Shown here: one piece after another, positions 53,401 to 64,000 of the stretch
Layout: every line of letters starts with the position of its first letter
Position numbering within the stretch: position 1 is the stretch's first letter
The notes under the pieces: model-generated
The model's input: the letters and a program-made list of their open reading frames with translations, nothing else
Database searches by the model: none
Told to the model about the DNA's origin: nothing
Origin: Paramecium tetraurelia
Taxonomy: Eukaryota
DNA length: 64,000 nucleotides
Direction of reading: 5' to 3'
Assembly (NCBI GenBank): GCA_000165425.1
Contig: CT868019.1
Span: forward strand, 310,001 to 374,000
Position numbers and translations under genes: made by a program

Positions 53401-56203
53401 CTTCCTAATAATTTTATTAAGTTTATTAAAGCTATAATTAAGTATTTAAAAGCTCCTAATTTTTTTACCTTAATTCTTGAACCAAACCATCTTTTTCCTA
53501 TTAAATTTCATTCTTAGTCTTCGATAAGAGAGTATTCTCTTATTATAACAATTAGTTATCATTTTATACTTATTATAGTTAAGTAAATAATTCCAATTCT
53601 GAACTCTCCAATTTGCACACTGATAACCTTAACTAGTCTTAAACTACCCCTAATTCATTTTAATAATTAGAACATTTTTATTTTAGATTTTCATTTTCAG
53701 ATTCTAATTCTTAAATTTCTTTCTCATTTTATTGAAGTTTAGTTTTTTAATCACTTAAATCATTTTTAAATTAAGTCATATTACTTTCATAAAATGCTAG
53801 TTATTATTTTAGTTCTTAAATTGTAATATCATTGTCAACAATTATTTAATTAATTTATCTTAGTTTTTCTTCATTTTCTGTTAACTCTTAAACAAGCTAC
53901 GTATTTTAGTTTTTTTCATTTAGAATTTATTATTTGAATTCTTAATTTTATTAATTGAGCTATTGATAATTATTAGCTTATAATTGATTTTAATCCTTCA
54001 ATTGAATTATTTATTCTTCAAATTAAGATATCTATTACTTAAATTCATCTTAGAACTATTAAATATTTGTTTATGATTGTTCATAATTAATTTCAATCTC
54101 CTATTTTTGAGTTACAATTTATTAGTTTTCAACCTTCAATTATTAAATAACCTACTCTGAGTTATTTAATATTTCTTCTAATTCTTAATTTGAATTTTTG
54201 AGTTCTTAATTCAGGTCACTAATTCTGCTTTTTAAATCTAAAATTTATTTATCTCTAACATCAATGATTTAATCGTTTTCATTAAATGTAATTCCATTTT
54301 CAGCTAATTTTTGTAGAATTGTTTTTTCAATCTCTTTGATTTAATCTTCCATTTATACTAATTTTTATGTTTACTCTGATAACAACTTCTCTTTATATTC
54401 TGATTATGTTTCAAGTTCTTTAAATTTATCTAAAGTGACATATTATGAATTAAATTAAGTATCTATTTGCTATTGAAATTGTCTTCTTTCATTCAAAGAG
54501 TTCTATCAAATAAATACATAAAATACTTAAACAGTTTCAACTATTTCTTTTAGTAAATTGAGATTTGTATCTACTTATACCTAAACCTTGGATACTGTTT
54601 ATGTAGCTCCTTACTGCTCTTTTAAAGTTAGGTTTTCGTAAAAAGTTTTCATAACTAAACCTTGACATTGCAAGGCATATGCTAATTATTATTAAATTTA
54701 TTGTTGTATTTCATCTGCTGATTGATTTAGTTTTAATTTTTATATTTATTCGTTCTGCAACTTAATAACAAATTTTAACTATTGCTCTAACTATTATCCT
54801 AATTAGAAGCCTTCTTTTAATTATTTAATTCCATTCAAATATTTTTCAATTTCTAAAAATAATGCAGTTTCACTTTCTGTTGATTATTCTAAATAGCACT
54901 TCAAGATTTCTTCAAGCTTAATGTACTTTTAATCATTAATCATCAGGCTTTCCAATTCTAAAGATTGTAAAACTAGATAATAATATGAAATTGAATACAT
55001 TGTTCATTAATTTGGGATTATTATTATTTCTATTCAAATTTCTTTGGTGATTCCCATTTCTGTTATTGAGTAACACTTTTGGCAAGTTCTTATTTGAGTC
55101 TTTTGATTTCATTTTTCAGACTCTCTAAATTACCACTTTCATCTTCGTTGATCCTTGCTTTGTTTTTAACTTATTTAACTCTTTTAGAAAACAGAAGAGT
55201 CGACAAGGTTTCTTGATAGAATTGTTGAGATTATTAAATATTGGCAATTAGATGAGTTCTTGAATTGCCTCCCAAAGAATCCTTGAGTAGAAATGTCAAT
55301 TTAGAGTCTCTATAATGTACATAGGATTGATTGTCTTCAACAAGAGAATTGATTACATTGCCCAAGATGTGTAAACTTTTATTTATATTGCAACCTTCTC
55401 TCAACCTCTCTCCTTAAACTTAAGATTGCTTCTACCTTTCACTACCAGCCAGATCTACAAAATGAAATCTCGAAAATCTATGATTGATGACCTAGGTCTG
55501 AGATGACTATCTTCTTGATTCAAGTTATATAGTAAACACACTGTGTGATCTTGATGATTCTATGTTCATCTAAGTGGATGATATGTGTCTATTAAGACTC
55601 CCTCTCTGGAGTACTTCCAATGATTCAGTCACATTTGTACAAACTTCTTCGCTTAACTATTCTACATACACACCCTTTTTGAGATCTTCTCTCAATTATA
55701 AGTTTCCTAACTAGGGATTTAAAAGATCTATTATATGTTCATTATAGATTTCCAAATAACTGCATTTGACTAAATATTCTACATATTCTGAGGAGTCCTC
55801 CTAAATGCAATTAAAAAGAAAATCAATCACTCTTGGTAATAAGCCTGGCTGCTTCTATGTACCCATCATTGTGTATGTTTTACCACTTCCAGTTTATCCA
55901 TAGACAAACACACATCCATTATAACCATCTAGACAATTGATTGCTTATTATTTTCCCACTATATTAAATATGTCTTCTTAGGTTGAGTCTTGTTAAGCTA
56001 CGTAATCAAAATAGAAATATTTCTAGTCTTGCTGTTATTATTGATTGCCCTCAATAATAATAGTATTTTTTAAATTGGAATCCAACTTAATACATGATCT
56101 TCCATCTTCTAGTAAAGGTCTTTGATAATTCATAAAGGGATGCTTACTTAATTCTAATAGAAACTTGAATATTGTCTCGTTCCGCCTTAAATTTATCTGT
56201 CAT
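50405..56203 (-). CDS. Kinesin with N-terminal motor and very long coiled-coil tail (kinesin-12/KIF15-like)
   Basis: [66 protein letters not shown], followed by more than 1300 aa of coiled coil. Confidence 0.92.
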
Positions 56204-56244
56204 TTTTCAATTTTTAAATTTGAAATTATTATAATAAATAACAA

Positions 56245-58124
56245 TCAGGAAATTATTGCTGTTGTAAGGCTTGTATTATCATGGTAAACGTAATTGTAAT
56301 CCTGAGAATTTTTGTTCCGAAATAGCAAAAGGGAACAGTTCCTTTAGCAATTTGAATTGCTAACTTCATTTTCAATGTAACTACTTTCTAGTAAACTTGA
56401 TTACTAATTACTAAAAGATTATATAACTTTTACTTAAATCCCCTGTATTTTTTGCTAAGTCTCTCAAAGGTAGTTCTATTATAATACATATTCTTAAACT
56501 ATGTGCATAGTAAATGGCTCAATAACACAAAAAACATCAAGGTTATTAATAATTCCAAGACTATATACTCAATCTAAACGCCTTTGGAAAGGCTCAAGTA
56601 CTTTCTGAGGTCGGTTAGAGACTTAAATAAAAAATCAAATGTATCCCAGTAACCTAAGTTTGAGGAGAGTATTCCAATATAAGATTATTTCCAAATAATA
56701 TTGATGAACAATACAATTGAAACAAACAATTGAAATCCAATTGTTAAGAAAGTGATCCAGATAAACATCATGAATGCAAAATGGTTTTTTGCCCCTATGC
56801 AATTATTTATCCATGGGCAGTGATGATCATAGACCATAATACATCTATTACAGAAATCACAATGACGACTTCTTTTGGCCTTAAGTGTTTCGCATTCTGC
56901 ACAAATTTCCAATTTCTTGGGATTATTCTGTAGAATCTAATAAAATATTTGACCTTCTTTTTTATATTGGACTTGATACCCAGGATCAGAATTAATGATG
57001 TAGACAAATAAACAGATTTGAAATATGTCTAAAAGGATTTATATGTAACCAAACACATTATTTCCCAATGTGAAAAGAATTTAGTAGATTAGATTGAGTA
57101 TTAACATGAAAATGAAAGCGTACATTTATAATCTAGTCTTTTGATTCTATATACGGATATTAATATAATAATACAATCCTCGGTTTATTTTTCTATCCAA
57201 ATAGATTGTTGCATTTGATATCCCCTTCCTAGTATTCCATGATCATTTAGCTGATAGTTAAGAATTCATTTTATTCAGACAATTCATAAGCAGTCTTCCC
57301 CTACTTATTTTTTAATCTTGTTTTGGCATTATAAAGCAGTAACTTTCTAGTGATTTTGTATTCTCCACTAATGGCTGAGACATGCAAAGGAGTGCAACCA
57401 TAAATATTCTTAGTGTTAATTTTACAACCCCAAGCTAGAAGCAAAGCAGCACATTATTCACTACCTTAGTAACTGGCTTAATGCAAAGCAGTGCTATAAT
57501 CATTATCTGTTATATCAATATTAACGTGCGCGATTTTAACTAAATAGTATAACATAATAGGTTAATCTGATTATGACGCTATGTGGAGAGTTGTTTGTCC
57601 TTGCCTGGTTTTGGCATCCAATTTGATTCCTAGTTTGAGAATTGCATCAAGAATTGCTATATTGCCTTTTTGAGTGGCTAGATGCATGCATTGATTTCCA
57701 GATTCATTTTATTGAGTGACCCATTATTTGGTATCAGACTCACTAGAATTGCTTAATGAATTGTTACCCAAATGATTTTAAGGAATATTTTAATAAGTCT
57801 GTAAAAAGGTTGGTGTGATCTTTCCAAACAGCATGCATGAGCAAGGTATTTTTTTTTTCATCAGCGATTTTTTGAATATTGATTGGTTGCATTTGGCTAA
57901 AGGAATCATTGTCATTAATTCCAAGGAGATACCTGACTCCCTTGAGATCTCCATTTTTGACTTTGGTGTACAAATCTTCATAAATTCTCTGAATGTCAGA
58001 GGCTTAATCCTATTTGTAGAATGTGGATTAATACGTTCACAAAAGTAGCCTATGACAATCCGAAACCATGAGGATCCCTGTTTATGTTGGTGGAAGGATC
58101 TTCTGATTATAAAAGAGGCTGCAT
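56245..58124 (-). CDS. Ankyrin-repeat DHHC palmitoyltransferase (Akr1/ZDHHC17-like)
   Basis: Ankyrin repeats (GQTTLHIAS, GCTPLHVSA), TM segments, and CAECETLKAKRSRHCDFCNRCIMVYDHHCPWINNCIG. Confidence 0.93.
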
Positions 58125-58349
58125 TATAAATTAATTAATTAATCGATGCTTTTTATATGAGATTATTTAGCAATTAAAGAGTGCATATTTAATTTGAATA
58201 TATTTAAGTGAAATATTTATGATCGATAATTCATTAATAAAATTAAATAATATAATGATGATCACTTCGTCCGTGTTTTTGATTGTTTATGATATACACT
58301 TGTCACTACTCTGAAAATAATCTATATCTATCTATATATATATAATTAA

Positions 58350-59844
58350 ATGTTAAGAAGATTAACTGCGTCAGTCCCAATAGTCCACAAATTGTACTTC
58401 ACTTTCTCCGTCAATGAAGGTAATCGAATGTTGCTAATCAGAATACAAGATCTAAATCCTCAATCGACTCAAACAAATTAAACATTCCGATTCTCACAAA
58501 GACATCGTCTCCAATGGTTACGTTGAAAATCTATCCATTGACCAAGGTATTCCAATGACCAAGTACTTTAGATGGAAGAGTCATCATTGATCTCAAATTG
58601 GACTAAGATTACAGAAAGATGAAGGCTCTTTGCTCAGATGCCCTTAAGCAATTCGAATGGATTAAGAATTTGGATATTCGCATGGCCCCAAAAAAAGAGA
58701 ATGTATTTACCCAAGCCAATACTCAGAAAAGAGGCAATCTCTAAAATGTGAAGAAGATCATTGCAGTCTCTAGTTGCAAAGGAGGAGTGGGTAAAAGCAC
58801 AATTGCATTGAACCTTACTTTTTCCTTGTAAAAATTAGGCTTCAATGTGGGAATATTTGATGCTGACGTATATGGTCCATCTCTCCCTACCTTAATTGGC
58901 AAAGAGAAATAGTAATTATATGCTCCAGAAGACAAACCTAAAGAAATACTTCCCATAGAATTCAACGGTGTTAAAACCATGAGTTATGGTTATGCAAGTG
59001 GCAATTAAAAAGCCATCATCAGAGGTCCTATGGTTAGCAGCATCGTTGTTTAACTAGTACAACAAACTCAATGGCAAAATCTAGATTATTTGGTTGTCGA
59101 TATGCCACCAGGAACAGGAGACATACAAATAAGTTTATGTTAAGAATTAAATTTCGATGGAGCAGTAATTGTTACAACTCCCCAGAGATTAAGTTTTATA
59201 GATGTTGTAAAGGGAATAGAGATGTTTGATGTCCTAAAAGTGCCAACCCTAAGTGTGGTTGAAAATATGGCTGAATATGTCTGTCCAGATTGCAATCATG
59301 TTCATAGGCCATTCGGATAAGGCTATATGAACATGCTACAAAAATAATTTGGTATTGCCACAGCAGTCTCTATTCCCTTATATGGAGATATTTCTAAATA
59401 TTCAGATTTGGGAAGTCCTGTAGTACTGACATTGCCTGAAGATCACACCATCAATAATATTTATAGACAATTAGCCAATAATGTTGTTCATGAGTTAAGC
59501 AGAAGCGATTTGACTAAGACTCCTACTGTCAGATATGATACAGGCAAAAGAGTGATCATTATTAGGGATTTCGATGGCAAAGAAAAACCTATAAAATCAG
59601 TTGAACTTAGATCTAAATGCAATTGTGCTTTATGTGTGGATGAATTTACTGGAAGAAGATTAAATTAAGTAATATTCATTCACAACTTATTTAGAATCAA
59701 TAACTAGATCAGGAAGTCTATCCATACAAGATTGAACCTAAAGGAAACTATGCTGTTGCAATCGTTTGGTCTGATGGTCATCGTTCTTCAATATATCCCT
59801 ATAAAAGATTATGGAGTGATGAGATTATTGAACATAAATCATGA
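58350..59844 (+). CDS. HCF101: HCF101-type Mrp/NBP35 Fe-S scaffold ATPase (DUF59 - P-loop - DUF971), putative mitochondrial presequence
   Basis: MLRRLTAS N-terminus; [12 protein letters not shown] (DUF59-like); [38 protein letters not shown]-terminal [17 protein letters not shown]...[19 protein letters not shown] (DUF971/GBBH-N-like). Confidence 0.9.
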
Positions 59845-59882
59845 TAATTATATATATTAAAATAAGCGTATAATAAAGGTTG

Positions 59883-61238
59883 TCAATTAATGTATTATTC
59901 TAAGGTTTCTTTTAATACATTTTATTGTTCTAAGCTTAATTGATGAGCCTTTGCAAATCCTTTTATTACTTGTTCTATGTCATCTCCTTCTCTAATACAA
60001 ATTCTAGCTTTCCTATTTTTTGAAATCCTTATATCCACATTCAGTAACATATTCTTTGGATTGGAGACTCGTTTACTTAAATCAAATGGTTCAGGCACAG
60101 TTTAATGAGGCCTATTTTGAATATTGGTTTGTTCCATAGAATAGAAGTTTTCTTTTTCATGTTTCATCTGTCTTGCCTTGGTCATTCTCTCTAAAATTGC
60201 AGATTCTCCTTTCACAGGCTTAAATGAATATCTCTATTTATTTGTTAATTTTGGTTTAAAGGTACATTCCATTAACTCTTCTTCATCCCTTTATTTATTC
60301 AAATTGTCCTTCAACTTTTACTTATGCATTTTAATTGCTTCAGCATTTTAATACAACCTATTAAATGTACTTACATTGTCTTGTCTTTTTGTTTAATTCG
60401 ATGTCAATTAAGGCTTAAATAGACATTCTGGATCATCTTGTATATAGGATTCCAACTATCTTTTCTTCTCCTACAATACTTTAGAATGCTCATATAGCAC
60501 TTCAAATCTATTTATTGTATCTGATAAGTGGGTGTCAAATTATTGTCTTTGTTTCCCATTATTTTAACTATTATTATTATTCCAAGACTCCTTTTTTGAT
60601 GAGGATTGTCCTCTTGATCCAGTTGAAAACCTCACATTTAATAATTTAAATTTATTAGTCAATCTAAACATCAATTCTTATAACTCTTCAAAATTTATCA
60701 CCTATTTTGGTATATTCTAATCTTCTAATTCAACATTTATAACATCTGTTAATAGTACTATTGATTAGGTTTGTGTTAATTATTTTTCCAATAATATCAC
60801 AAGAATATTAAATACAAATCCAATAAATGCACTTTCTAAATCTAATCCTAATGTTAATAATTTCCATAAGTCAATTGACACATGATCATTTTTTGTTGAT
60901 ATCCCTAAATCAACTAGCACATTACAAAATCTTTCATAGTCCAATTACTCTTCAATTTAATGACGATTCAGTACTGTATTAATTTGGGTTTCTAATTTCT
61001 TCAAAAGGATTTTTTAGGAGTTATAGTCAATCTTAACTTTATTTGCTTATTATTTAATTTCTTCATTCTTCTCTTCTTGTTTTTAATTGATTCTTTGCTA
61101 TTTTTCTATTGCTTTATTATATAGTGAAGAAAAATGATCTTGTTGAATTTATCCACTGATTTCATAAGCATTCAAACTATCACAATTTCTCAAATATTAA
61201 GATTAATCGCCAGATTCAATATTTTAATCATCAATCAT
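59883..61238 (-). CDS. Hypothetical protein with ECxFKP repeats
   Basis: MIDDQNIESG...; ECLFKP and ECTFKPKL motifs; C-terminus LLNVDIRISKNRKARICIREGDD...FAKAHQL. Confidence 0.75.
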
Positions 61239-62124
61239 GTTCGTTAATTTAATAAATATAAAAATTATTATTACTTTCCAAATAATACTTATAATATTAG
61301 TCCAAATTTTCATTAAATTCAATTAAACAACTCGGTTCTAACTTAACTTTGAGATTTTCTCATGCTACATTTTTATTTTAATCAAATTTAAAATACATTT
61401 ATTATTAATCCAGATTATTTCTTTTTTCTATACCTATTAACTTATAAATGGGAGTATTTGTCTACAATTTAGTTAACTATCTTTTATTCCTACTTTAAAA
61501 CACCTTTCTATTCCATAATGATTTAGTAATGTATGATACAAATTTGTACTTAAATCATATATATTTCTATCTAAAAAACACAGAAACATAGTGAATAGAT
61601 TATTGTAATTCAATTTTTGATAAATATTTGTAATGAATTAATAATAGTATATATTAAAATAAACTATAAATTTTTTAATCAATGACTACTTTCATTTTAA
61701 ACGTTCTATTTTAAAATAGACAATTTATTATCTGATTTTAATTGCGTTATTAGAATACTATTATTTATTTTTAAAGTTTAGCTAAAAGTATAATATATTT
61801 GTTGAATTATGATAGTAGAATAAAACAAAGTTTATTTGACTTAATTCTATCTAAATAATCGATGATAAGGATCCTAAACTCAAATTATTTTGTAGTTCAA
61901 GTAGATTATAAGAATATAGAAAATAGGCATTTTAGAAATAAATCTATTTGAATTAAAGAATTTTATATAATTTAGACATAAATCCATTTCTATTTTAAAT
62001 AAAGGTTGTTAAAATGTTAGTGGAGATTTCAATCGCTTAAATTGCTACTCCAATTAACAATGAAGTTCAATTAATTATTATACTTGCACTATCATTAGAT
62101 ATTGATAAATTTATTTAAATTAAC

Positions 62125-63161
62125 ATGACAGATGGTTTTATGAGAGCCTCAAAATCGTTTATGCTACAAAACGGTAGCAAATAAGATCTCTGCTCTGTTG
62201 ATGTGTCTTTAGACCCATTCCGACTAATAAGACCTATAGCAGCTGTTTAAACTTCTTTTGAAAAAATTATGCATTATTAGTCTACTGATTAGCCTTATTC
62301 CCCCAATCCTTATTGTATTAAATTTCTGTGTTATTTTTGTAGATATTCAATATTCTAATGATGGGCAGGAGGTGTGCAACATAATGAATAGTCAAAATAG
62401 ATGCCTATTCAATAATTCATTAGAAGGTAAATTGTGGTTACAAAAGCCCACAGATATCTAACTATCACAGGTAAAGCAATCTACCAGTGCTCAGCCATTA
62501 AATGTATCGCCTTTAGCATCTTAACTTCCGCATGTTGAACAAGCGCAGTAGAAACATGTTAAATCTATAAAAGAAGAAAAGCACTTTTTAAAAGAGCAGC
62601 TTAAATTCTTTAAAGAAGATTCTATATAGAGTGAGGAAGTACTGAATGCAGAGGAAAGCAGTATTTGCTAAAAACCCAAAAAAAAGAACAATCTAAGGGG
62701 CAAGCGACATAAGCATACAAGTGATAGTTCTGAATCCTTTAGAATCAGTAGAAAGAAAAAAACATCTAAGGTGAACGATACAAAAAACATTACAAAAAAT
62801 TACTCAAAAGCCATAATTTCATACATTTTCAACAATCCTGAGTTAGTTTAAAAAATAATGTCTAAACATAGATATGACGATTTCATTAATTTCTTAAAAA
62901 ATAAAAAAAATCAAATGACCAATATAAAATAACTTAGAGACTTATGGGTGGATGGTGGCAAAAATTCTGAGTTTAATCGAGTCTTTAGAATTATAAGGTA
63001 ATATAAATTTACTATTAAGTTAACAATTTTTAAAATCTCAAGCTGTCTCTTATGTTTATAACTCTAGAATTTCAAATACTTAATGGCATTTGAAATATAG
63101 ATTCAACCTACTCAGAGCACTTAGAGAGCCAGAAAACTTCAAATTCATTAAAGATATCTGA
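62125..63161 (+). CDS. Ciliate-family hypothetical protein (basic NLS-like stretch, C-terminal KNIxKNxxKA domain)
   Basis: MTDGFMRASK..., two tiny introns; DTKNITKNYSKAIISYI...NIKQLRDLW...YVYNSRI...HLKYRFNLLRALREPENFKFIKDI*. Confidence 0.8.
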
Positions 63162-64000
63162 CATAAATTTGATAATATTTATTAAAATTGTAAACTAGTC
63201 CAAATTTATTGATAAGAAAAAGTAATTTTCCAAACTATTTCTTTTAAAATAAAACATTGTATGATCATGATAAATGCAACAATTATAAAATAATCAATAA
63301 GTATATTCGAAGTAATTATTAAAAATCACTAATAATCACTGAATAGAAAATTGCATAATTCGCCGATTGAAAATAAACTCTATAAAAATATTATAAAAAT
63401 CTGTATATTTAAAATTATACATCTAGTTAATTATTTACTATGCCACATTAATCTCTTAAACTAACTATGCAAATAATTTAGCAAGCCTCAACTATATACT
63501 TTTCATCCTTAAATGAATGAATGTAAAATAAGTTCTTGAGTTATTTTGGGATATAAATTAATCAATAATGAAAGTGATTCCTTACATTATATATATGAAT
63601 TAATTCAATAAGCCTATTACTTTATTAAGATTAAAAATGTCAAACTAAAATGTTTTATTATCTTATCCTATAAAGTAAATGAACATAGAAGGAATTTTCC
63701 ATATGGTTATTCAAAAGAAGAAAATGTCCACAAAAATAAATCACTTATATCTTTGATCTGTGTATATTTTCTAACATCTAGAATGAATAATTGACTCATA
63801 AATACTAGAAGAATTATTAGAATAGATAACTCAATTTATGGCTTAAAAATAAACATTTCTTTTGCTTATGGATTAGTATCATTCATACTTAACTTATTGT
63901 ATTCCTTAAGTATTCCTAGAAATAATTAAGTGAATATTTTCTACTTTCAACCTATTTAAGAGATAAATTAATTTTTTTTAAAGTTCCATTTTTGATATGG

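Noticed and set aside
63162..64000. AT-rich right end examined for genes, telomeric repeats and RNA genes
   Set aside because: No convincing ORF, no C4A2/C3A3 telomere tract and no tRNA/rRNA-like structure was seen.

Overview
AT-rich, very gene-dense ciliate DNA, most consistent with the Paramecium macronuclear genome. TAA/TAG read as Gln, TGA is the only stop, introns are tiny GT-AG elements of about 20-31 nt, and an epiplasmin gene is present. The supplied ORF track uses the standard code, so it fragments or misses most genes. I re-translated by hand with the ciliate code and found about 30 protein genes: a large secreted/surface protein (partial), UFM1, a YY1-like zinc-finger protein, adenylate kinase, a GH2 beta-mannosidase, a four-domain EEEE voltage-gated Ca2+ channel, a Pom121-like TM+FG protein, a ciliate 2-TM protein, actin, four divergent tandem paralogues of unknown function, an R2R3 Myb, a MORN-SAM-TKL kinase, a double-FHA protein, epiplasmin, a SPRY-like protein, CAND1, an IQ/MORN protein, a ThiS/ubiquitin-like-domain protein, a NUDT19-like Nudix with PTS1, a kinesin-12, an ankyrin-DHHC palmitoyltransferase and a mitochondrial-type HCF101. 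The best leads are: (i) a YY1/Pho-like protein carrying both the zinc fingers and a REPO/2W-hairpin-like motif, head-to-head with UFM1 with only 13 nt between the start codons; (ii) a candidate Pom121-type membrane FG nucleoporin; (iii) the four-gene orphan paralogue array; (iv) a Bacteroidetes-like beta-mannosidase. All boundaries and family calls come from manual reading; no database searches were run.
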